A stretch of DNA of 64,000 bases. Origin: Chrysomallon squamiferum (lineage: Eukaryota; Animalia; Mollusca). How positions within the stretch are numbered: the stretch's first letter is position 1; each line of letters opens with the position of its first letter. Below, piece by piece: positions 12,675-24,990 of the stretch. The notes under the pieces are model-generated. The model saw only the letters and a list, made by a program, of their open reading frames with translations, did no database searches and was not told the origin of the DNA. The DNA is taken from the NCBI GenBank assembly GCA_012295275.1, contig CM022669.1, forward strand, positions 11,346,001-11,410,000, in the 5' to 3' direction. The position numbers and the translations under genes are program-made.

Positions 12675-13904
12675 TAAAGATGGTAGTTAGAATTTTTAAT
12701 AGACTTATAAAAAAAAAAAGTATTAATTCACTAATAAGGAGAAAATATTCTTATTTTAAATAATATAAATTTTTTCTGTCACAGCTTCTAAATAATTTTA
12801 ATTCTTAAATAATATCATGTTCACATTTTTCAAAATATATTATTATAATTTTATAAAGTTATAAGACATTTAGCATTTTCTTAATATTTCCTAACATCAT
12901 CTGTACCAGAACATTTACATTAATCTAATCATTGTGATATATTTCACAAGTAAAAAAATATCAGTCATATTTAAATCATCTTAATTTTTCTATTTTTTTT
13001 TCAGGTTTTAACAGCCGTATAAACAACAGTTACATCTTTATCTTGTAGTTCATTATTAATTTCAAATAAATAAACCTTTCTATTTCTTAGTCATACACAA
13101 AAATTTACATGGCAGCAACATATTTCAATGTCAGCAAATTATCCTTAATGCCTTTAATTTGACCAACATAATTACAACACTCCATAAAACACCAGTGGTT
13201 TTGACACCAGTATTATAATTGACAGTATTTAACAAGTAGCTAATGAACAGATTAACAAACAGAAGGCAAAGAGTGCAAACTGCCAGTAATTCCACATTTA
13301 ACCTGAGTTTTTGAAATTAGACTAGTCACTGAAATGCCCTTGTTTAAATAATGACTTTGCACTTTAAATACAATTAGCATACAACCTCAAAGAAAAGGGA
13401 TAAATTTCCCTCCCTCCCTCCCTCCCTCAAAATGATCTTAATAATTGCCAGGGTATAGACTATACCAAAGTGCCAATAAAATCATTTTCCTTGATGAAGA
13501 AGTATAAGGAAGTGTATAAGTTGACTGAGCATGTGCAAAGTTTGTGCATTGCACGTGGGTGATATAAATATTCTCTATGTCTCATGGGAAGATTTTTTTT
13601 CTTCCTTTCTTCCATGTGCAGGTGTGAGACACAAATGTGTGGAGGAAATTAATAACAGAAGAAAATTATTTTAATTTGCCTGTCTTCTTCAGTAGAAATC
13701 CCTTGGTAGAAAGTCTTGTGTGAAAGTTGTTTTTTTCTTTGTTTTTTTAATTACCTCAAGGCCATTTCTGACTTTTAAATTGTTTTGTTCTTCTCTGATA
13801 TGAAATAGAAATGTTATTGCCAGCTTATCATATTCTATGAAAAATATTGTGTGTATTCATAATTTACTTTAATACATACAGATACACTGACTGATAGATA
13901 GATA

Positions 13905-13955
13905 AGCAGACAGAGAGATAAAAAGAGAGAGAATGAGAGTTTGAGAGAGAGACAG

Positions 13956-14016
<61 letters not shown>

Positions 14017-14066
14017 TAAAAAGAGAGAATGAGAGTTTGAGAGAGAGAGTGTTTGTGTGTGTGTTA

Positions 14067-14107
<41 letters not shown>

Positions 14108-14164
14108 AAAGAGAGAATGAGAGTTTGAGAGAGAGAGACAGAGAGTGTTTGTTTGTGTGTGTGT

Positions 14165-14248
<84 letters not shown>
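13905..14248. repeat. Triplicated compound microsatellite (GAGATAAAAAGAGAGAATGAGAGTTTGAGAGAG + (GT)n + (GA)n)
   Basis: The unique linker AATGAGAGTTTGAG occurs three times between the dinucleotide runs. Confidence 0.92.
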
Positions 14249-14251
<3 letters not shown>

Positions 14252-14667
14252 AATCAAACAAATTTTGAGGGGATTTAAAAAAAAAAAAAAAAAGATTCTG
14301 CAATGATCCCAATTTATAACAAACTTTATTTTACCAAATGATCTAATTCAGTATGTCAGACTCAGGGGCTAATTTAAAACATTCACACTAACCTATTTTA
14401 GCAAACCCAGACTGTAAAAGAAGTTCCTGTCTAATTGGTTTCATTTTGCCCCAGCAGTTCTGAGACAAGCCTACAAAAATCTGAGTCTCTGACTTAACAA
14501 GCTGCCTGTGGAGATTGTGCTAAGCTATGTAATGATTGCCTGCTATGATGGATGTATCTATGAGGAAATCTGACTTTAATTTGTCTCTGCTGGGGAATCT
14601 GAGTGGTGTATTGTACTCGCGCACAGGTGAGATGAACAAGTATGTAGACTGAACACACTCAGGGGAT

Positions 14668-15480
14668 CACATCAGTTCAGCAAGCATGTCATATCAGTTC
14701 ATGAATGATGCCATTTCAGTTCATGGATGATGTCATATCAGTTTAGCAGGCATGTCATCATATAAGTTCTGCAAGCATGTCATATCAGTTCTTAAATGCA
14801 TAACAGTTCATGATTTGATGACATATTAGTTCATGAATGAATGTTATATGAGTTCATGAATGCAGGTTATATCAGTTTAGCAGGAATATCACATCAGTTC
14901 GTGAATGCATGTCACATAAGTTCTGGAGGTATGTCATATCAATTCAGCAAGAATGTCATATCAGCTCTTAAGTGCATAACAGTTCATGAATGCATGACAT
15001 ATTAGATCGTGAATGCACACCCTAGCATTTTGCAAGCATATTATGACAGTTTATGAATGCATGTTATATTGATTCAGCAAGCATGTCATACAAGTTCTGC
15101 CATCATGTCATATCAGTTCATGAATACATGACATATTAGTTCATGAATGCATAAAATATTAGTTCACGAATGCATGTCATATCAGTTCATGAATGCATGT
15201 CACATAAGTTCTGCAAGCATATCACATGAATTCAGCAAGAATGTCTTATCAGTTCCTGAATACATGAATTATGAGTTCATCAAACATTTCATGTAAGTTC
15301 AGGAACCATGTCAAATCAGTTCAGCAAGCAATTCATAACAATTAGAAAGAATATGTTATTAATTCAGTATCCATATGTTATGTTGTAAAAGTTCTCTAGC
15401 TAATCACATGACATCAACAATGATTTCATATTAGATCATGTAGACGTGTCATATTAGTTCAGAAACTTATCCGTTTATAT
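14668..15480. repeat. Degenerate 22-bp tandem array (GCATGTCATATCAGTTCATGAAT / ...TTCAGCAA variants), >30 units
   Basis: CAGTTC at 14673, 14695 and 14717 (22-bp period), continuing and decaying towards 15.5 kb. Confidence 0.9.
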
Positions 15481-15679
15481 ATATCACAAACCTTGAATAT
15501 GAAATATAGGTTTATGAAAATCTATTACACATCTTTGTCAATGTGTCATATAGGTTTGCTTGAACATGTACAAATGTCATAACAATTCAGTAAAGACAGT
15601 TTTCTTTTATTACATATTTTTTATTAGATCAGTAAAGAAAATTACTGATAAGAAAGACTATTAGTGCAGTACAATATTC

Positions 15680-16250
15680 TGCAACAAACAAACCGTAGGC
15701 CTGCGATATTCATTTCGCAAATTCTTCTCGTGTGTTTAGCATCAAACCAGAGGACTGCGGGTTATTAAAAGTCATTTAGCTGGATACAAACTGCTTGTTA
15801 ACCGCACAGCATTTCCTGGAAGCAGGACTCACTGGTGATCTGTTGTCAAACTTTCCATTCAGTCTTGCTGTGGCCATCTTGATTTGGAATCATTCGAGCC
15901 GCACACCTCCGCAGAAAGACTCGGAACATCTGCAGCATTTGAATTCTTGGGTAAACAAGCGGAGTGAAAAAACAGAGAGATTTTGCATAAAACTTGTTAA
16001 TTGTTTCTTGGATAGCAGTAAAACACGTGATTGATGGGCTTGGACCTCTGCCTATTGGCAGGGGGCAGCACTGTCAGGCCGGGGGGGGTTGTTTCTGTGA
16101 ATGTGTACCGGCAATTACAAAGCATGTTTTCCTCAAATCCAAAGTATCGGGTTTGCTACACTGCTGCACTGGAAGACTGAAACTGTAATGTTTATTTGAA
16201 TGGTTTGTTCATCCTGATAATAGTTTTCCCAACTGCAGGGCTTTAGACTT
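15680..16250. promoter_or_regulatory. GC/CpG-richer unique island, candidate enhancer with Pbx-Hox (TGATTGATGG), Meis (CTGTCA), E-box (CACGTG) and CTCF-like motifs
   Basis: Motifs read at 16024-16029, 16028-16037, 16055-16069 and 16071-16076; function is inferred from the motifs only. Confidence 0.4.
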
Positions 16251-16464
16251 TGTGTTGCAAAAAAAAGAAAGAGAAAAAAAAAATTTTTTTTTTTTTTTGT
16301 TCTCTACGTCCTTCATCTGAAATGAATTATACTAGAAGTTTAAAAGATAAATAGGAAAATGTTGAAAGGTGTTTGTGTTATTATAGTTAAAGGTGTTTGT
16401 GTTATTATAGTTAAAGGTATTTCCGCTTTGGAACAGGACTTTGTCATTACAGTTAAAACTTGTG

Positions 16465-16497
<33 letters not shown>

Positions 16498-16762
16498 CTC
16501 TATTCATTGCTCTTCTTTAAAGTAAAATTCTTTAAAGTGTTTAATTTTTACTGCTTTTCATATAACTTGAATTAAAAATGACAGAGAAGGATTTTTTTTT
16601 TCTTTTTTTTTTTTTTTTCTTTTGAAAGCAATAAAATTCTGGTTGATTTTAAATGGAAATATTTATGGTAATGGTAGACACATAAACAGAATGTTGTTGT
16701 AGGTGATGATGATGTTGATGGTAGTGGTCAACATTTCTTTGGATCATATCACTGATTACCAT

Positions 16763-16763
16763 A

Positions 16764-16805
<42 letters not shown>

Positions 16806-17035
16806 GTGGTGGTGATGATTTTTATGATTTTTATTTTATTATTACTACTACTATAATATTTACTATTATTATTATTATTATTATTATATATATTATTATT
16901 TATTTTATTTTATTTTATTTTTTTTTTAATTGCTGCTGCTGCTGTTATTGTTATTGTTCTAGTTTATCATTATATATATATATAATTTTTTTATTATTAT
17001 TATTATTTATTTAATTTGGTTATTTATTTATCATT
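16763..17035. repeat. (GAT)n, (TAT)n and (TATT)n low-complexity tract
   Basis: Direct reading. Confidence 0.95.
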
Positions 17036-17604
17036 AATAATAGGATTAACCCATAATGGCTTTATTTCAAAGTTTATAATATTTGTCACCTTTATTTCAT
17101 AACGTAATGTAATATAAATGTGACCTGCAAGAACTGTTATAACCTCACCTCACAGCAGAGTGGATTCAGTTGACATTATGTCACTTGGCAGATTTCTCAG
17201 ACTACAGTACTGGGGGACCGAAAGCCTGGGGCAAGGATAAGGAAAGTAAATTTTTGAGTAATTAGGTTGAAATTTATTTAAACTTAATATGGCAAATTTA
17301 GAAAGATTTCTGCAGGGGGAGAGAATCAGTGTTTTTTTCTTCGTCTGTCTGAAAAAAAAAAAAAAAAAAAGTATAAAATTTAGAAATGAAATTTAAATTT
17401 GAAAAAATATTAATGAAATGAAATGAAATAAATTAATAAATAAAATAATAATTTTTTTTTTTTTAAAAGTAAAATAAGATAAAATAAAAATAAAAATAAA
17501 TAAATTATATATATAACTAAATAAATAAATGAAATAAGATGAAATAAGATAAAATAAAATAAAATAAAATAAAATAAAATAAAATAAATAAAAAATTAAA
17601 TAAA

Positions 17605-17640
<36 letters not shown>

Positions 17641-18737
17641 AACTAATTTTTATTTTTGACATTCAGACAGTTTCAAATACAACTCAATAACAACAGACTC
17701 CCCATCATCTTAATACAACTGCTTTTCATACGACAACCCACACTGAAGGTTAAACAACTGAATCTAGCTAAGCCTGCAAAAATACGGGGAAGGCAATAGA
17801 TAAAAAATAGATTGGTGGAATTAAACTGACAGTAAATCAAACAGGGATAAATATAATATGGAAAAAAACAGACCAGGGGAATAGTTGATAAAGGAAACAC
17901 TGGTTAGTGACAAATTGATGAGGAAAAAGTGATTAGCCGGACACAACAACAGGAGGGCCATGCAGACAGATAAAACAAACCTCTAGATGTGATTATAACA
18001 ATCTGAGGAATATTTTCTTGTTGCAAGTCTGCCTGCAGTGGTCTGTGGGGAGCAGTTTTATTTTGAATCATCGATGAAGATTAGAATCATTTTTATTTGA
18101 TTATTTAGCTTGGCTAGTTATAAAATATAGATATTAAGATATATATATATTAGTGAATTTATACTTTTAGAATGATATAAACACACACACACAACACACA
18201 CACACACACACACACACAGATATACACACACACATTTACAGTTTTTAATTAATTAAATGTAAAATATCAATGTTATAAACTATCTACATTGCACATACTT
18301 CTATATACTGTCAGTATTAAATGTACTTCTATAAATATCAGTTATACTTACAATTCACTTCACTGACATATACTTCTGTATATTTGAAATATCAGTGATA
18401 TATATGTATATAAATCTATACACACGTACAAACACACATACATACATTCCTACATTCATACATACAAATACACACACACACACACACAGGTATACACACA
18501 CACATATGCACACAGATATTATTAACATTACATATACTTCTGTACTGACTAGATGTGAAATATCAATGAAAAGTACATTACATACACTTACATGACAGAT
18601 ACCTCTGTATAGACTATTAATGTGAAATATCAATCATTATGTACTATCTACGTTTTCTTACATATATTTGTGTATTGACTAAATGTGAAATATCAGTGAT
18701 ATATAACAGTCTGTGTATTGACTGCCTTCTCAAACAG

Positions 18738-18788
18738 GAATTACTCAATGATTTAGGGGACTCTTCTGTCTGGACCAGGAATTTCCTG
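18738..18788 (+). CDS. Candidate 51-nt symmetric internal exon (ELLNDLGDSSVWTRNFL)
   Basis: Flanked by TTGACTGCCTTCTCAAACAG and GTGAGT; length 17 codons; only phase 0 is stop-free. No host gene identified. Confidence 0.25.
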
Positions 18789-19204
18789 GTGAGTCCTCAT
18801 TATGAAAAGAAAATCATAATTGCCAACATACATCATACACAAGTGAGTCTAGCTAATGTATTACCAGTAAGACTTGTATGGAAATCCAATATTCTCTGAG
18901 GGGAAATTATAAAAATTTAAAAAAAGGGAAAACAAATAGCTATAGAAAATTATTTCAAAAAAAAAAATAAAAAAAAGAAAACCAAAGCACACAACTCTCT
19001 CTCTTTATATATAAATGTTTGACAACTGCATTTTGTAGAAATATAGATAATGCTTATTATATTATTAACTAAATCTACCTGTAAAGGTAGCCAGGTTTAT
19101 CATTTACAAATCTTATGTATTAGTTGATTACAGAATTCTAGATGCATTAGCAGTATTGTTCTAAATGCAGCCCCACTAGAAGAATAAACAAGTGTTGTAT
19201 TTTT

Positions 19205-19487
19205 GCATGAGCTGTAGGTCAGTGGTTAGAGTACACCAGTTTATAGGATCAACCTTCTTATATGTGTTATTTGGAGCAATTCCCATTCTAACACGTGCCT
19301 CACAACTTTTTTTTTTTATCAAACCCTATGGTATGTATATTACAATCAATGGTAAGGTATATATGATAGATATCTTACTGCTATCTGAAAAAGATTAGCT
19401 CATCACATGGTGACATCAGGTTTCCTCTCTAATTATCTGCACAGTTCTCAGCCATAACACCATTACTAATAACATCTACTTTCCTTC
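19205..19487 (+). mobile_element. Decayed full-length tRNA-derived SINE, resembling the molluscan Meta/MESC-core family
   Basis: A-box-like TAGGTCAGTGG (19215-19225) and B-box-like GGATCAACC (19246-19254). The core ATCAAACCCTATGGTATGT...ATATATGATAGATATCTTACTGCTA...TGGTGACATCAGGTTTCCTCTCT is colinear with the recalled consensus ATCAAAGGCCGTGGTATGT...GCATATAAAAGATCCCTTGCTGCTA...TGGCGACAGCGGGTTTCCTCTCT. Ends in TTTCCTTC. Family assignment is from memory, not from a search. Confidence 0.7.
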
Positions 19488-21069
19488 AGACTGTTTCAAA
19501 TGCAAGACTCTTCAAGCCACTGACTCAGAACTGAATCCAGACTTGTGAAGTCAAAAGTGAAGTCAAGTGAAGTGTCTGGACCTGACTTCATTCATTAAAA
19601 GTCGCTGATGTGACAAATGCGAGTGTCTGGCAGACAGAGAGGTGTGCAGGTCAACAGACCGTGACTCAAGGTGGCAGCCCAGTGTCCTGGTGTGAAATCA
19701 GAACATCATTTTGCAATAATCACTTTCCAGGAATGAGACTTAATGGACCCATTTAGAATTGTGAAAAGACTGACAGGTGAATTACAGTGAATAAATTTAT
19801 TCATAATTTTTTGAAAAATTGTTATGTATTTGATAGAAATAAAATTGTGATAAAATTAATATAATAGTACAAGGTAAGTAATTTTTAATTTATTATTATT
19901 ATTATTATTTTATTTTTTTTATTTTTTTTTTTTTTTTTTTTTTTTTTTATTTTATTTTATTTATTAATTTATTATTTTTTTTAATTATTTTTATTTTTAT
20001 TTTATTCATATTCTTTTGATTATTATTTTATTATTGTTATTTTTTTTTTTTTTTTTTTTTTTGGTGGGGTGATTGTCAGAAATTATGGTAGTTGGGTAGT
20101 TTCTGGAATCACCATTCTGACAGGTTTCATATCAAACATGTACAAATATGACGATTTTTGTCTGCTTAATTCATTACTTCCACTTTTCAATTTTTTCTAA
20201 ACAATCCTTGTTTTAGCCACAAAAATAATCATAAAAAAAAACCCCACCATATAAAAAGCTCTGCTTGTTTATTCATCCCAGACATTTTTCTTTCTTTCTG
20301 TCTCCCAGACATTTTTCTTTCTCTTTCTTTCTCTCCTTTCCTTTCTTTTCTTTTTTCTCTTTCTTTCTCTCTGTATCCCTCCCTCCTGTTTTTTTTTTTT
20401 TTTTTTATTGTATTTTTTTATTCCTCTATAACATTGCAACCACAAACATTTCACATCAGAAAGACAAACAACAAATAACGACGTGCTACATCATTTTTCA
20501 TGTGACTTCAGAATGCATTACCAATAACCACAGCTAATATCCCCATACTGGAGATGATTTGCGCCTATTGATTGTCGAGTGTTGAAGTACAAGCTATACT
20601 CCTTGCCCCTGCTTTCGCTTTACGATGAGCCTTTGTACGGTGTGTGATTGTTTTAGCAAACACCATTGTTTTTCTTGAGTCTCACAGTCTGCCAGAATAC
20701 ACATTCTTAACTACACATGGTTTCGTCTACATTACTCACTAATATATGTCTCAGCTTCGTTTATTTTACAATTCCAAACTGATTTATAGCAAAATATGAA
20801 AAAAAAAAAAAAAAAAAAACAGAAGAAAGAACTTAGTCCATGCCTGCCTTTGCTATATCTCTGGTATTCCATGAGGTGAGAAAAAACACTGTGTTTGTGT
20901 CTGCATTCTTCTGAAAAAACTTTTGCATACAATTGTAAATAAAGGTTCAGTATCTTATATCTGGTTATATGCTGAGGGAAAAGTTCTTTGAGTTCAAAAG
21001 GAAGGAAATGAAAAAAAGCTCTCGCTCCAAATTATTGAACTAAATTGATGGCAACTAATGAGACTATTG

Positions 21070-22141
21070 TGATGTGTGTGTTTATGTGTGCGAGTGCCTA
21101 TGAATGTTTGATGTGTGTGTTTATGTGTGCGAGTGCCTATGAATGTTTGATGTGTGTGTGTATGTGTGCGAGTGCCTATGAATGTTTGATGTGTGTGTTT
21201 ATGTGTGCGAGTGCCTATGAATGTTTGATGTGTGTGTTTATGTGTGTGAGTGCCTATGAATGTTTGATTTGTGTGTTTATGTGTGCGAGTGCCTATAAAT
21301 GTTTGATTTTTGTGTGTTTATGTGTGCGAGTGCCTATGAATGTTTGATGTGTGTGTTTATGTGTGCGAAAGTGCCTATAAATGTTTGATTTGTGTGTTTA
21401 TGTGTGCGAGTGCCTATGAATGTTTGATTTGTGTGTTTATGTGTGCGAGTGCCTATAAATGTTTGATTTGTGTGTTTATGTGTGCGAGTGCCTATGAATG
21501 TTTGATGTGTGTGTTTATGTGTGCGAGTGCCTGTAAATGTTTGATGTGTGTGTTTATGTGTGCGAGTGTCTATAAATGTTTGATGTGTGCGAGTGCCTGT
21601 AAATGTTTGATGTGTGTGTTTATGTGTGCGAGTGTCTATAAATGTTTGATGTGTGTGTTTGTGTGCGAAAGTGTCTATGAATGTTTGATGTGTGTGTTTA
21701 TGTGTGCGCGAGTGCCTATGAATGTTTGATGTGTGTGTGTATGTGTGCGAGTGCCTATGAATGTTTGATGTGTGTGTTTATGTGTGCGAGTGCCTATGAA
21801 TGTTTATGTGTGCGAGTGCCTATGAATGTTTGATGTGTGTGTGTATGTGTGCGAGTGCCTATAAATGTTTGATTTGTGTGTGTATGTGTGCGAGTGCCTA
21901 TAAATGTTTGATGTGTGTGTGTATGTGTGCGAGTGCCTATAAATGTTTGATGTGTGTGTGTATGTGTGCGAGTGCCTATGAATGTTTGATTTGTGTGTGT
22001 ATGTGTGCGAGTGCCTATGAATGTTTGATGTGTGCGAGTGCCTATGAATGTTTGATGTGTGTGTGTATGTGTGCGAGTGCCTATAAATGTTTGATGTGTG
22101 TGTGTATGTGTGCGAGTGCCTATGAATGTTTGATGTGTGTG
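21070..22141. repeat. 39-bp minisatellite (TGATGTGTGTGTTTATGTGTGCGAGTGCCTATGAATGTT), ~28 copies
   Basis: Near-perfect units visible; source of the MCVFMCASAYECL ORFs, which are broken by frameshifting units. Confidence 0.98.
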
Positions 22142-24664
22142 GGTGTGGGGATTAAAGATAAGGGTCCAAAAGTTAAGGAAATCTATACATAGTGAATATT
22201 TATATTAATGCCAAGCATGCACAATAATTTGACAAAAATTTGTAACTCTCTACCTTACATGTACAAACAGACATACACATGCAGATACAGATACACATAC
22301 TCACAAAAGACACACACACACACACATCACAAAAAGTCAATGGCACTAGCACAAACATACACATATACTCAAGGCAATAAAAGCATTTTGTTGCTTTTAA
22401 AGAGTTTAATAATTTACTTCAAGAATTCTCAGAGAATTTTATTACAGTTGCTTCCTTTTGAAATGAAAGAGTTCTAAAAAAAAAAGTTTGAAAAAAACAA
22501 CAACATGTATATGTCTTTATTGCCCAAGAGAAACTTTTAGCAGTTTTCAAAAGTTCTGTGAACTTCCTATCATCTTAGCAGATCAAAAACAATGTTTTTC
22601 AAACTGAATCCCCACTGAACCAAAAAAAATATATATTTAAAAAGTCAAATTCTGGTAGTAAGAGAGTCTGACACATATTTTGGTAAGGTTGTAGAAATAC
22701 ACTGATGTTAATCAGAGGACAACACATACCAGCAACATTTATTAATTTGATAATTCAGCAAGGACTAGAAATTTGATGAAAATTATTAGCATCTTTATAA
22801 AAATAATTTTTTATTTTTTATTTGTTTTCTATTTCCATTTGTTTCGGTATATTCTATTTTTTATTAGTTTTATTTGCTTATTTGTTTCTATTTCAATTTG
22901 AGCACTTTGTATATTTTGTTAATTATGTTATTTAATTTAATTTATTTAGTTTTATTTCTTAAATTTATTTTTATTTCATTTATTTATTTAGTTTTATTTC
23001 ATTTATTTTATTTATTATTTATTTATTTTATTTTATTTTATTTTATTTCATTTTATTTATATTATATTTATTTATTTTATTTATTTGTTTAGTTATTTGG
23101 GAGAAAATATCAACAAAATATCATTTTTTTTTTTAATTTAATTTTATCTTTTGTTATACACACAATCAACTAAACAAAATTTATCATAATCTCATAATCA
23201 AAAACTCAAGCTGAAACAGAAATTACACTATTAACAAATTACTTTACGATATTTACCTCTGACACTTAACTAATCAGCTTTCATTAAACATATACCTGTC
23301 TGATAAGAGACAGCCTTTTTCATTTTGCCCTCACTGTTAACTAATTATTTATTCAATGCTGACACTCTGAATGTCCATTGACAGCTATAAAAATGGTTTT
23401 TTTTTTTTTTTTTTTAAAAGTTATTTCTCACACAAACACTGCAGCCAGATAAAACAGAAGAGAAGTTTAAAAAGTTAATAGGGTAGACCCAGTGTGATAA
23501 ATTATAAGAATTTATTTACGACTTTCAAATGAACACTTTAAAAGATTATCAGTTGAAATAAGTGCTGTGGGTTCAGTGATATGGTTTATTGTGAAAAGGT
23601 TGACATGATGTGAGATAAAAAGGGTTAACGGGTTCTGAAATGAAGATGCAACCCTGAGATTTCTTTAGGGTGAATTTTGTTCTTATAATTGCTTGTATGG
23701 TCATTGTGAACATATGCAAATCTCTCTTTGTTCTTCCTCATTCTCCCTTCCTCTCTTATTCTTTTTCCTTCTCTTTTCTGTTCTCTGTTTTCTCTCTCTC
23801 TCTCTCTCTCATTAATTTTCTTGTTTCCTAGAATTCTTTACTGGTTCTTTATATCTATATATATATATATACATGAGTTCTTTTACAAAAATTTTTTTTA
23901 AATATCCAAATCAACAGGCTCTTTGTATGGATTCCATGAGCTATAGTGTCATTAAAAAAATGTATTTTGTTTCCTGACGTTGTGTTTAAACTTACAATAC
24001 AAGAATGTGAAAATTAATATTTAATGGAGATTTTCAAAATTGGCCATATCCAGTTGTAAACTCCACGTGTTAGGGCTCAGAGAACAAAAAAACCTGTTTA
24101 AATTATTTCATCCCCTAAAAATTCTGGTTCTTGTTATGCCGGTGTTCATACTTACATAACTGCACTCCCAGAATCTCATAATTAGTGTTTTTATTGAATA
24201 AGTTCCATGTGCTGCAGTTTCATTTTTTTTTTTTTTTTTGTTGTTTTGTTTTTAATTTCATTTCCTGGAATTCTGTTTGCTACTGTAGCCATGTTCAGTC
24301 CTCATTATGTAATTACTGTCCCCGAACCTCAGAACTGGAATGCCCAGAGTATTTTCTGCTTGTGCACACTTCTGTTATCTGAGTTGCTACATCAAAGAGG
24401 CATCATTCACAAGTGGCAACAGGAGCTGGCTACAAATCAGTCCACGAGTGGGCAAGTCATTGGCGTTCAGAAAGTGTGGTGTGAGACCCGCGGCGAGCAG
24501 AACTGATCAGACTGGATCGTTAGACAGTGAACAGTTCCACACAGGATTACTGGGGTGAATTAATCAGAGTTGTCTCCCCTTGGATTTTGAGTAGTAGTAG
24601 TAATAATAATAATAACAATAACAATACCATCAAGAACAACAACAGCTATTATTATTATTATTAC

Positions 24665-24884
24665 TCTTATCTCAATCTCTATTCCTCTATCTCATTATCT
24701 CTCATTCTCTTTCCTTTTCTTTCTTTCCCCCTCTCCTCATTCTCATTTTTCTCTTATTGACTCTCTCTCTCTCTATCTCTCTCACTCTATCTCTCTCTCT
24801 CTATCTATCTCTCTATCTCTCTCTCTCTCTCTCTCTGTATCGCTCTATCTCTCTATCTCTCTCTCTCTGTATCGCTCTATCTCT

Positions 24885-24955
<71 letters not shown>

Positions 24956-24990
24956 TCTATCTCCCTGTCTCTCTCTCTCTTTCCTCTGGT
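24665..24990. repeat. Polypyrimidine (CT)n/(CTAT) tract
   Basis: Direct reading. Confidence 0.95.

Noticed and set aside
12985-13700. Strong plus-strand acceptor-like sites at ~13004 and ~13621
   Set aside because: All frames close within a few codons and no good donor follows; a non-coding exon cannot be excluded but is unsupported.
18069-18080. CATCGATGAAGA, similar to a conserved 5.8S rRNA motif
   Set aside because: Only 12 nt; the flanks do not continue the rRNA sequence.
19490-19879. Possible exon from the TTCCTTCAG acceptor to the perfect AAG|GTAAGT donor
   Set aside because: Stops in all three frames.
21045-22192. Cys-rich MCASAYECL ORFs resembling metallothionein or keratin-associated proteins
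   Set aside because: Translation of a TG-derived 39-bp minisatellite; broken by frameshifting units.
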